Shown here one piece after another: positions 10,380 to 22,716 of a DNA stretch of 64,000 nucleotides. Within the stretch, counting starts at the first letter, position 1, and each line of letters opens with the position of its first letter. The stretch comes from Basidiobolus meristosporus CBS 931.73. Lineage: Eukaryota; Fungi; Basidiobolomycota. The stretch covers positions 1-64,000 of the forward strand of contig MCFE01000496.1 in assembly GCA_002104905.1 (NCBI GenBank), given 5' to 3'. Made by a program: the position numbers and the translations under genes. Under the pieces are notes generated by a model. That model searched no databases. It was not told where the DNA came from and saw only the letters and a program-made list of their open reading frames with translations.

Positions 10380-12706
10380 TTACTCCCAAGAAATCGCTTG
10401 TGCGGGCTTTTCGGGGCTGTTGGTGCAAAACTCCGGGCTGGGTTCACTCAGCAACTCCTTCTTGAGGCCCCTTCGTGCACCGAATTGCTTGCCATTGCTC
10501 TTATTCACCAATCTGTACAAACTCAAGAACGCAAGAGTAGTGCAGACGGCCCAGATAACAAGCAACATCATTATGTTGGCCACGATCGAGAATCCACCAT
10601 CCAGTGCAAGCGCCTTCAGTTGCTGTGGGCCTACCGCTTGGCCGTGGATCACTAATCCGTCGAACTGGCTCTTAACCAAAGAAGCAAACGAGTACTTTAT
10701 GGGGGATATCCACTGAATCCATGAGAAGTAGGGAGGTGCTGATCCGTTGTTTACCATCAACCCTCCGAACATCATCAATGGAAGGATAATCGCAGGAGTG
10801 ACAGCCAACGCAATCTGTAGTCTTTTGAAGAACGAAGCCATCATGATACCCAGGGCAGAGCCGCAGAGCGCGACCAAGACGTTGACCACCATGTAAATGA
10901 AGAACTTGCCAACATCAGCCTGGAGCCCAATCATCCAGTACGTTATCGCGGAGAAGATGATTGGCATGATGATGTTGATAGGCAGCTCGACTATGATTTT
11001 GGAAAAGAAGTATGCGCTCAAGCCGTAGTATCCGCCGCCATGCTCCCGAAGGAACACGTTTCTTTCTTCGGCAAAGATGGAGATGGTTGGCATGGATGTC
11101 GAAAACATCTGGTTTGTTCCCACAAAGAATAAGGATCCAGTGATATCTTGTATTTGTGCGGAGACAGAGTCTTTGTTAGGGATTCTCAAATAAATCAGCC
11201 CAATCAAAAGGGCGAAGAAGATGGTCTGGAAAAGCTTGACTTTGACGATCATCTTGTTACGCATGGCATTTTTGCTTGCTCGCTTCAGCAGGTATTTGAA
11301 CTGGGTGATAAATGAGCTTCGAAACTTGAACATCTTTGCCGTGATTGGAACCAGCAGGGGCTGCCTCGTGGTTTGCTCCAACTCTTGCGCCAATTTGGAT
11401 TGTTGCCACGCTCTGAACACCTCTTCCAGCCGGCTCCTTTCCTTTTCATCGGCCTTTTGTCTCGCCTCGCCTGTGCTAGTGGCGCTAGGATCGAAGTGGA
11501 AAAGAATATTCATGAAGATGAAATCTGCTGGGTTAGTGTAGAGGGGACATGGATAGCCGATGCTACTGTAATAGTCGACCGCTTTCTCCGCTTCATTGAA
11601 GAAGGTGACCTGGTTGGAAAGGACAAATGAGAAGCGGTGAGTACGCCATAAAGAACAGCGACCGCATTGCCGTTGTGGCATGGCATACCTGGCCATCCTT
11701 CATAATCAAGACGTCGTCGAACATATGGAAGATCTCTGAGGAGGGCTGATGCATAACTGCAACAACCGTACGACCACTCCTTGCCAAAACCTGAAGCGTG
11801 TGAACCACCATTATCGCAGTGTAGGAATCCTGCGGAACAAGGCGGTTAAAACTGTGTCCCGCGGGTCACAAAGCCTCTTGGGGACCTACCAGGCCTGAAG
11901 TTGGCTCATCCAAAAATAGAATGGATGGGTCAGTAACCATCTCCATGGCAATAGCAGCACGCTTTCTTTCACCGCCTAATCATTCATATGAATACATGGC
12001 ACGATGCACAGACCTCTCTAGGCACTAAGCTACCTGATATTCCCTTCCTGGTGGCTGTACCAATAACTGTGTCGGCAGCGTTTTCGAGTTGAAGTAAAGA
12101 TAGGATTTCGTCCAGCTTTTCAGCAGCTGCCACATCGTCCATGTTGGGCACACGAAGCTTAATGGACATGAGAATAGCCTCCCGTACGGTCATGGTTCCC
12201 AAGATAAGATCGTCTTGAAAGACGAACCCTGAGATCAACCGCACCGCCGCGCCACTGACTTTTCTGCCATTGGCATATATATCACCGCCCACATCACCGC
12301 TGGTAGTAGTACCTGCCTAGAATAACAACACCATCAATGCACCGCTCGAGAGGTTGATGATACAGACCCAAGTCTTAAAAGGCACCAACCAATACATTCA
12401 GAAGACTAGTCTTTCCGGAGCCACTTGGGCTGAGTAGAGGCAAGACAAGTCAGTGATTTGTAGTCATAGGAATAGCGGAGTCACTCGTAATTACCCCAGG
12501 ATGGCTGTCAACCGACCAGGCTGGAATGCGCCAGTTAGTCCCTTAAGAATCAATTTCTCGCTTGTAGGCTTTTTAGCGAACAATGACTTGCGCTTGGCAT
12601 CGGAGGGGATCTGGACAGAGTAAGTGAGGTTTCTGAAGGTGATTTGGATGGGTTCAGCAATCGTTTTGCGAGTCATCGTGACCACGCACTCTTTCTCGTC
12701 TTCCAT
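10380..12706 (-). CDS. ABCG (White-like) half transporter, NBD-TMD, multi-exon
   Basis: Spliced Walker [24 protein letters not shown]-loop, ISGGERKR signature, [13 protein letters not shown] Walker B, HQP switch, NPADF motif and ABC2 membrane domain; GT-AG introns traced. Confidence 0.95.
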
Positions 12707-14939
12707 TTTCCACTCAAAAAGAAAGGAATTGAGGCGCCTCCCAACAAGATTGAGAAGAGCAATCTTGATCTGCAAACTATGCACCTACCTTGAGATCCAT
12801 CCAATTTATATGAGTCGTGTTCCAACTAGTAACAATTTGATCAGATAAAAGCAAAATCCTTTTCCAATCATCCGACCGAATTACCATATGAATAGGCTTT
12901 GGGTAGCACATACCACACCCTTCACTCGATGAAGAATATTGCCAATTGAAGCTTGCCATAAGAGGGTGTCTCACATCGAAGTTACTTTCCTCATCGATGC
13001 CAATCTCCGGAAAAATGGGTATTTGGTGAGTAACTACCATTTATTTACGTTACACGAGAAACTATGAATCGCCAACTGGAGATCGAACTTATACATACTA
13101 TACTGTGCTGGAAGCCCATGTAGCCCTCCACATGATGGTCCTCGGTATCACAGGTGAAAACTTGTTGTTTCATTGTTCAACTCTGAATCCTCCTTCAAGT
13201 GGCTTGCCAACCCGTTTACTTGGTGGTGGTGTGGGTACCGGTAACACGGTCAATAATTCCAGCATTCATCGACTTCAGCAATTGCGTGACCAATATTAAT
13301 CCAGATACCAGAGTAACTTTTTATATTATTAAGAGTTTATTCAAATACATTTACAATTCAACATCGGAAGAAAGCCAGAGAAGCCATCGAGATACCTCCT
13401 AAGAATCAGCGATATTTGTTAGTGGGTGGTCTTCTGTACGAATTGTTCCGTTTATCATCCATTTTCAGAGAGAAGATTACATATCATGTAGCGCTCTAGC
13501 GCATCAATAATTTTGCACGATACTTAAAGGTTTTCATCATATAATGGAGACGGTGTGGATAGATTGTATAAACATAAGTCCCATACCTGATGTCAGCAAA
13601 CGGATACTACAAGCTACCATTGTCTCAGCAATGGCAGCACTGTGATGAAGGTGGGTAAGAAGAGAAACCCCAACTATTGAATATAAGAAGGACAATCACA
13701 CACGTGATACTCAATTAAACAAGGGCCTAATTTTGCATGGGTTTGAATTGAAGAATAATTTAATCAGTCATGAGTAAGAACTCATATTTATATATATATA
13801 TACATATACCTTAACGAGAGAACACAAGGTCAACCAAGGTCACATTGAAAATGATATTGAGCAGTTGCCATTGTAGGAGCATGAACATACGAGTACATGG
13901 GAGTAACATCGTGTTGATTGGCTAGAAGGTGTTGATCTTCCACAGCACCGCCGATGCTCCATCATGTTTCATCTTACTACGGTGCTACATCCTTGCTAAG
14001 GCTGACCATAGATAGGAATCAATTGGCAGGCAAGCTTTACGTCACCCTATAGGAACGTTTCGAATGCATAGTCTGCACCCTAATATTAGTTAAATTGTTG
14101 ACTCAGAAATCAAACCTCATTACTGCATGAGACCATGTATGAATGATTTTGACTTTCTGTGGGTTGAGCGAATCATCGCAGCCTGCTTATTTCCTTACTT
14201 GCTATAATATTGCCAGTCTTGCGAATGCTCTAGCCTCTGGCCAATGGTGGACAGTCAGAACAAGGTTCAGACAAACTCGGGTGTCTCACGTGTCACCAAT
14301 TTAATTCCAAGCAAGATGAAGTTTACGAATAATGTGGACATTATTCCGGATACTCTCCGTGCTATGTAAATCATCCAAGTAATACTTCCCTGACTAGATT
14401 GTTGTTTTCGCTTACATATCGCCTTTGTTTATTTGATCAGATATTAATTCATGACATGTTTTAATAAATGCTCATGTAAACATATGAATCAATAATCCAT
14501 TATTTGGTCGACTCCAAAATCATCCTATTCGAACATTGGAGGTAATTATAGTGTAAACTAAACTTTCGGATTTTCGTTGAGTGGAATGTGCAAAATGTTG
14601 AGATATAGAGCCGGTGGATTCAGTCCTCGCTCCCTGATTTCTTGAACATCGACTTACTCTATCCACTCTTCAAGTCTTTTGTTGCTGTTTCCTGTTAAAG
14701 AGCACGTTGGTGAAGCGCCACACGTAACTTTTATGATCATATTGACCCACATATTGGCTTGCTTATCGACTTAATTTATCTCCCTATCACGTTTCTCTCG
14801 CTCTGCCCCGCCCTTTCTGGCCGCTTTGCTGTTTTGTATACTCCTAATTGTAGTCCTTTTTATCAGTAATCTATCTTTCTGACCATACTGAATCCCGTAA
14901 TCGGCGCTACGTTCTCACGCAGACGTTTGCTTGACCAAG

Positions 14940-16694
14940 ATGGCTCACCATTATCATTCTGGAGGCACCCACCAGTCCTACCCTTCGCCTACCGTTGTTG
15001 GCGTACATTTCAGAGTGGGAAAAAAAATTGGAGAAGGTAGCTTTGGTGTTATTTACGAAGGTATCTTTTTGGAACAGCAGCATGTCTATTTTGATGGGTT
15101 TCCTGACCACTGCTACTTATCAGGAGTTAACCTTATAAACAATCAGCCTATTGCGATTAAATTTGTATCTTTTTACCACAAACTATATACATATATATAT
15201 CGAGCCTTCACAAGCGTTGCCACTTGGTATTCCTTAATTTGTTGGATTGCAGGAGCCAAGGAAGACTGATGCTCCCCAACTTCGTGACGAATTCCGCACT
15301 TATAAAATCATGGCTGGAACTCGTAAGTGGGATATTTGCTTATTTGTTTTGGTTCGTATGTACTGACAATTGGCATGGGGCCTATGCAGCGGGTATACCT
15401 TCTGTTCATTATTTTGGCCAGGAAGGGATGCACAATGTACTTGTTATTGACTTATTAGGCCATAGTCTTGAAGATCTATTCAACATATGCCGAAGAAAGT
15501 TTAGCGTTAAAACTGTGGCAATCCTCGCGAAGCAAATGGTAAGCTTTTAGCTTGTTAGATTGGAGCACAGATAAAGACTAATTTTGCTGTCGTCCTTTGT
15601 AGATCACCAGAGTCCAAGCAGTCCATGATCACAATTTAATATACCGAGACATTAAGCCGGACAACTTTTTGGTTGGGCGACCTCACACTAAATATGCCAA
15701 TTTTGTATATATGGTTGACTTTGGAATGGCAAAATTATATCGTGATCCCAAAACAATGCAACATATACCATATAGAGAGAAAAAGAGTCTAAGCGGGACT
15801 GCGAGATATATGAGTGTAAATACGCATCTAGGGCGAGGTCAGCATATAGCAAGCCAGTATTTCAGTTCCCTCGAGACATCTGTGCTCATATTACTTTTAT
15901 TTCCTAGAGCAATCGCGGCGTGATGACCTGGAGTCTCTGGGCCACGTTTTCATGTATTTCTTACGTGGATCACTTCCATGGCAAGGGCTAAAGGCAGCTA
16001 CCAATAAGCAGAAATACGAAAAAATAGGGGAAAAGAAGCAGACGACCCCTGTCAAAGAGTTATGTGAAGGGTTTCCAGGTACACGAATCAGTAGCAGCGC
16101 CCTCCGAATGACATACTAACCTAGCGCCTGGTTAAAGAGGAGTTTGGTGTTTACTTGACTTACTCTCGAAAGCTTGGGTTCGAAGATGCCCCAGATTACG
16201 ACTATTTGCGCAGCCTCTTCGATAATGTACTTCAAAAGATTGATGCACAAGATGATGGTGTATGCGATTGGATGCTATCAGAAAATCGTGGTCGACTTGA
16301 GGTATTCTTTCTATATGTCCGATGGATTTTGCTTAAAAGTCGGGACGAATAACACTTACAGCAGTGCCATGACCAGAAGCTGCGCCCCGCCGACGTTGCA
16401 CGACTGAATACCGCTCGTGGAACCACATCGCAGCGACAAAGCGATAGGTACCAGCAAGGGAACGTTAGCCATGAGGCTTCTCGCACTTCACATCAGCTGA
16501 GCTCGACTCACCCAAGCCGCACACGAATCAATCCCTCTGGTAGTCAGCAACTCCTAAACCCGGGCCATAAATATTCGGGCAGAGATGACATTACTCGTCC
16601 TCAAAGACATAACATAGCCGCCCAACCGGCAAATAAAAGAGGTTTGTGGGATAAACTAGCGGAGTTCCTAATGTGCAGATCTTGCACCAGCTAA
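14940..16694 (+). CDS. Casein kinase I (YCK/Cki, CK1-gamma-like), 7 introns
   Basis: [52 protein letters not shown] and LPWQGL reconstructed across GT-AG introns; Cys-containing C-terminus FLMCRSCTS*. Confidence 0.97.
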
Positions 16695-17429
16695 GCTTGA
16701 ACGCGCAAAGAATCCCCTCACCTCCTCATGCCACACAATACCTTATCGCGTAGCTTTCTTCACGTTTGGCCTATACGCATATTCTTTTATAACCAATTAA
16801 ACCATATAACTTGTTGGTGGCTCTTAGATCGTCTATTCACTTCGAGGGATGTAGGCGAACAGATCGGAGTATGGACAAGCAGATGTCTTTTTGATGCCGA
16901 GTTTCTCTCTACCTGACCATTGTTGTGATCTACGCAAGCCAGAGTTCATTTATTTGTTTCTAATTTCTTGTTTCTGTTGGGTCCTTTTGGTGTTTGAGCA
17001 ATGTAATAAGCGACTGTTTCTCACTTTCCCCTCTTCCACGAATTATCTATACATTCATACGTTTCACTTTCTATATAGTACGATTCCCCTTTATCCTTTC
17101 GATTTTTACATATATCTTAGGAATATATATACATACATTTATATAATGCACACATTCAATGAGTTCTATATAAATCCCATTTAGAAGCTACCGGATATGG
17201 ACACGAGTGAGGTCAACCATTTGATTCGACTGAGGATGTGTGTGGCTCTAATTGCTAGAGTTTTTGTACAGGGTTGTGGGGATGCGGGTAATTCAGGAAA
17301 ATTCTGATTCTTCAGATGTAAATTTGAAGGCATTCTACGTCATAGTTATAAACCATAAATGCACCATCGCTCGTTGGGCGAAATTCAATCTCTACTGGAT
17401 ACCTTGTCGTTCGTGGAGACTGTAGTGCA

Positions 17430-20400
17430 ATGCTTTCTTTAAGAAGCACACGAAAACTGGTATTTACGCGAGGGCTCCCTACACAGCGGCGCTTTTTAAC
17501 CACCACAAACGGGTCCGGTTTAGGTAGCGTTACCGAACAGGTGAATGCTCTGTGTGATTTGTGCTTTTTATCCAAGTTTAATTCAAAAATGTATGCTGGT
17601 AATGGATAGGTATTGGAGCCTATTAAAGGGGCAGTTTATTATGATAACGTTTACCCGATACGTTTTGCTCGGTTCGACATACGAAACTTGCTGTTTCAGC
17701 CAAGCAAGAACTCTTTAGAGAAAAGAGTTAAGGGTAGTTTTTTACCCGAAAATCTGCCTTACGATTTTCAAGTTCGCGGGGTAGAGCCAAGGCAAGTCCA
17801 GTAGCTTGGTGTGATGTGTTGCGCTGTCAACTAACTTGCTTTTTCACGCTGTTGACTAGATTGAAGGATGGTGGTATGCTTATGTATTATTCCATTAATC
17901 CGCTCAAGATTGGCACCGACGCTGTAAATGCTCAAAGGGAGGTTGTGAACCGTATACGTACCCACCTTGAGAGTGGACTCAAGGTTAACTGGTTTAACGG
18001 CCAAAAGACCAATGCGTTCAGAGTGAAGGTAATCAGCCACTGCGAAAATTGGTCCTAACGAAGCACCGCGTCTAATCTTTCGTAGGGTGAGCCATTTATA
18101 GAAGATATGCTTACGAAGTATCCCACCAGGTTGGTCAAGCTTTTCCTATCTATCTTTCATCGGTGTTAACCAAGGATGTTTTGGCAGTCGAGTAAGAGTC
18201 GAATTTCAAGGCGCGGATCTGTCGATAGTGCGTGCAAAGTTTAAATAGCTCCCACAGATTTGAAGAGAATTTAACCAACCACCACAATAGGAAACGTTGT
18301 TCCGCGAGTTTCGACCATTTGGGAAAATCTTTGATATTCAATTGCAATCTCCCGCATCCAAAGACCTTCCCAGATATGCCATCGTACAGTTTTCCCGTAT
18401 CCGGTCTGCTACCAGTGCCAAAAATTGTGTCCATGGAGAGGTCGTAAATGGTACACGACTCTCCGTAGCGTACGAGAAAACCATGGTCAGTATACTGTCT
18501 AGTGTGCTGCGTGTCTAGTAATAACAGCCAAGTAACTGCTATGATTTTAGAAAGCAAATGTCATTAAGGACTGGATCACTTCCCACCCAAGATTCACGGT
18601 AAGGCCATCATTGATACGACCTGGGAGATATCGACAATTGGCCATCTGACACTCTGTCATGCAAGGTTCCCTTCTTTGCCGCGTCGAGTATCGGTATCAT
18701 ATACGCTATCTTTGACCCCATCCGTGTCTTCTTTGTGACGAACCAGATCACCCAGCGATTCAATCCAGATCAATATCCAGCACTAAGATGGCTTCGCAGA
18801 GAAACTATCGACAGATTAACGCTATTTAAGAACAAGAAGGACTCGCGGCAATCGTCGATTCTTGGTGGAAGAGAGCAAGACGAGGCTCGCCTGCGAGATC
18901 TTCTCCAAGAGGCTCCAGGTATTTTCTTGCTCCCCCAGTAACTGGCACACGTCACTCTAACGATACCTTGTCTATGCCGTAGGGTCGTTCATATTGGTAA
19001 CCGGTCCACAAGGCTCCGGTAAAGAGGATTTGGTGAAGAAGCTGACTGACGATAGCAAGTATGATTGGGTTGTTGATTGACATGTATTGACCAATGGCAC
19101 TTACGGATAAATCGCGTAGGCACAAGATTGTCATTGACTGCAAGAAAATATCCGGCGCTCGAAACGACAATGAGCTATTAAAGATCTTGGCTAAGCAAGT
19201 GGGCTACTTCCCTTTGTTCAGTTTTTTGGTCGGCGCTACCAATCTTTTGGATAGTTTTGTGAGTGCCACTACCGGTCAAAAGGCTGGTGAGTAATACGGT
19301 CAAAGTACCTTCAAGTGCTAATCTCTGAACGTGCACTCATTGAAATATGACCAGGTCTTTCATCCACAACTAGTTCACAGATCAAAAAGATTTTGGAGTG
19401 TATAGCGATCTCTTTGCATTCGGTGGTCAGAAAGATCAGAAGCCAGCATGAGGAGGAGATCAAGGAAAAAGGAAGCCTGCTTGAAGAGGATGATATTCCG
19501 GTTGTGATCATCGACGGATTCATGTACAAGGAAACCGAGCAACTCCAGGATTTGTGGACCAACCTTGCCGAGTGGGGAGCACTTTTGGTTGAAGGCAAAT
19601 TAGCCCATGTAATCTTTGTCAGCAAGAATGTTGCCGCGCTCAAGAATTTGAGTAAAGGTAACTCCTCCAACTCCACTTTCTCCGTTGACGTTTTGCTCAA
19701 TACCAGCACTATATTATAGCATTGCCCCAGAAGCCCATCGACGTTGTGACACTTCGTGATGCCAGCCCGGAGAATGCTATGGCATATGTCCAGCATGCGC
19801 TGGGTACTGACGATCTACCTGAGCTGAAGGATTCGGTCAGCTTATTAGGGGGTAGACTGACTGATCTTGACCAATTCATTCAAAAAGTCAAGATGGGCTT
19901 TACACCTATTGGTTTGTTGCTGGTTTCTGTGCATCATTGATTAAGGGCCAAGCTTAAATAAGTTCACATGTAGAGGCTATAAACGATATCATCCATAAGT
20001 CGTTAAATGAGCTTCGCAAAAACGCATTTGGAGGAGACTTCTCTAAACAGAAGCAGCTGCAATGGAGCCCCATCCAGATTTGGTACTTGATTGAAGAGAT
20101 TGTTAAGAATGCAGAGGTAAAGTACAAACGACGCATTGTCGCGCGTGGTCCCACGAAAACTTCACAGCATGACAGGCCATACTAATCGTTGAAACCAGGT
20201 AAACTACGACCAAGTTGTGTTTTCGCGATTATTCAACGGCAACGAAGAGGCACTTCACGCCATGGAGTATTCTGGTTTGATCAGCATCATCCACGCTAGG
20301 GGTACGTACTTTGCACATGCTGTAGACGCTAGGTTTGCTTTGTGTCGATGCTGATCGTATATGGTCTTGTTTTTCCAAAGGACGTCCGTACGCGATTCGC

Positions 20401-20694
20401 CCAGGCAAACCTGTCTATTATTCTGTGTTCGCCGAGCTATTGGCCGATGCTCAGTTTGCCTCCAAGATGACCATTCTCACTAACAAGCAGATCATTAGTG
20501 AGGAAAATGAGAAAATTGCAAAGTACGAGCATGAGTTGAAGGAGATTCACGCCGCTTTCGTGAACCTGCGCATTCCTAAAGAGATGGAGGGCAGAACCAA
20601 GTGGCTAGTTGAGAATGTGAAGATAAGTCATGAAAAGGTCTCCACTCTGGAGAAGGAGAACAAATTGGCTCTGGAGGAATTGAGCCAGCTCTAG
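17430..20694 (+). CDS. YME2: Mitochondrial escape protein 2 (RRM + RNA12 P-loop domain), multi-exon
   Basis: Arg-rich N-terminal presequence MLSLRSTRKLVFTRG; YYDNVYP, PRLKDGG, GEPFIEDM, FRPFGKI, SATSAKNCVHG, GPQGSGK, QVGYFPLFSF, PVVIIDGF, LAEWGALLV, LGGRLTDL and IRPGKPVY motifs. Confidence 0.93.
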
Positions 20695-21237
20695 TTGTGC
20701 CGATGGCCGAGTTGATCCCAATGGGCTCTTTATCGCATCGTCGTTGTCAAGGGTGTTGAAACATTCAATCTCACCGAGTTGGTCAAAGCCTGCGGGCCAG
20801 CTCGAGTTAACCCATTTTCTTGGCAAACATTCATATAAACCATACACGCAATAATTTCTACTCAGCCCTGATTGTTTTTTGTCCGACCCACTGCGTGAAT
20901 CCCGTGATACATTCAACATATCCATTTAGGTCTCTCAAATGCAATGCCCGCATTTGTTACTAGGAGTAGTTTTGGAAGCAAGCGGTCATTTGAATGGACT
21001 CTGGTGAAATGAATAGTCGGGGCTCCACCGGTTTTTACGGTAGTCCCGACATAGTGAAAGCAAAGGAACAGGAACTGGTTGTTGCCAGGATTCTTTGGAG
21101 CGCTATTCAAAGATTTATTTGGTTGTTCAGGCGTCTGTACAATATAATGCAAGTATACCCATAGGGGATCCATTTTGGCAATGAGCGAATGAGGACTACC
21201 CCACGAGCTGATATTGAGGGGGGACTACATGTAGGGT

Positions 21238-22716
21238 TTATGGTTTGACTTGGCCTATCAACCAAAGAAAGCTAACAACCCAGCAGGTCAAGGCTGGTGC
21301 GGCCAAAACGTAGGCATACAGCAGCAATTGCGCTGTTTGATCTTCTAGATATCCCTCGGTTTGGCAAATGTTGATGAGATTGATTGCGGTGGGGCTGCTT
21401 CCTAGGACCATCATGGTCAGAAGAAACAATGGGTCCTGTCCCAAGCTGAAGAGATGCCGGGTAGCCATCACAATCCCCGCGGATACCAATGGCATCATCA
21501 GAAGGCGAACCACGAGCGCATACACAATCGAGCGTTGGATCTTGTACCCTTTGCCAAACAGCCCATTTAGTTGCGCCCCCAGGCAGAGCAATATCAGCGG
21601 TATCGAGGCGTTACCAGTAGTATCAACCGCTCTGGTCAGTGGCCTGAGAACTGCGTTTGGGCCAAACATCGCCTCTCGTACCGGATCAATCAGCCCAACA
21701 ACCAATCCGACAAAAGTAGCAATGAGTGGTGGGTTCATGACACGTTTGACCGCACCAAATGCTTTCTTGAATCTACCCCAGATGGTTGTACGTTTGGTTT
21801 CAATGACAATGATGGACTTTAAGGAATCGGTGTCCTCTTTTTCATTGAAGTTCATGACGGTGATCACTCTGTTCAACTCCTTGGACGGCAGTGACAATCG
21901 TTGCTGGGGTAATGCCTCATCGTTGGAAGGATGCGCTTCTCGAACTTCTGACGGTTCGTCCATGGACGCGATGTCTGATTGCCCCTTCAATTCCTTGGGC
22001 TTTTTTAACAAAGTCATTCCGTAGCTGAAACGGAGAATGTTGCCCAAAATGGCGAAGACCACGATGTACGAAATCCCTCTGAATGGTGTGGTTAATGGAG
22101 GGTTCTGAAAATCGAGGGCCATCGAATTTACCTGGCTTCGATCTGTGGCGCGGTCTCTCCCTCGTGCCATTGTAAAAGGGTAGCTGCCGAACTCCCAGCC
22201 AAGCTCTGGATCAAAGGGATAGGGAGGCTGTTGGTGTTTGGGAACATGGTGGCAGCCTGGGAAAAATTCCTCTCTTCTTTGCTGAACTTGAAGATGAACG
22301 AGGAGGCGAATGTGATGATCATGGTCGCGATAGTAAACACCAGGGAGTAGACGGGGATAGGCCAATATGCCATCAATATGGAGGGGGAGATACTGGAGGC
22401 AACGTTGACGAAAAGCAGACATGGGGTCAAGAAATTTAGATTCAACGAGGAGAGAAACTGCAGAAATACAACATTAGAATACATGGAAGTATTGGAAAAC
22501 CAACAAAGTTAGCTAGACCTTTTGATAGGAAGGGGTCAGCCATCCATGCCTGCACAGATATACCCCTGCCCCACAGGTAATGGCGATTTGAATGATAGCC
22601 TAGGATTTAGGAAATAGGTTAGTCGTCTGCTCGTGCAGTGCACTCATAGCCACTCGAAAGAGATGGAGGAGTTGGTTCACCTCAACACTAGCTCGTATAT
22701 ACTTCAGTATGTCCAT
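21238..22716 (-). CDS. Auxin-efflux-carrier (AEC/PIN-like, Mem_trans) family transporter
   Basis: NLNFLTPCLLF, FPNTNSLPIPL, NILRFSYG, MNPPLIATFVGLVVG, GNASIPLILLCLGAQL, VRLLMMP and SSPTAINL motifs; three GT-AG introns traced from ATG 22716. Confidence 0.9.

Noticed and set aside
13000-14900. ncRNA or snoRNA in the ABCG-CK1 divergent spacer
   Set aside because: A TGTGATGA C-box-like word near 13644 has no suitably placed CTGA D box, and no tRNA or snRNA signature was seen.
21368-22024. 218-aa plus-strand ORF
   Set aside because: Antisense to the AEC transporter; no independent support.
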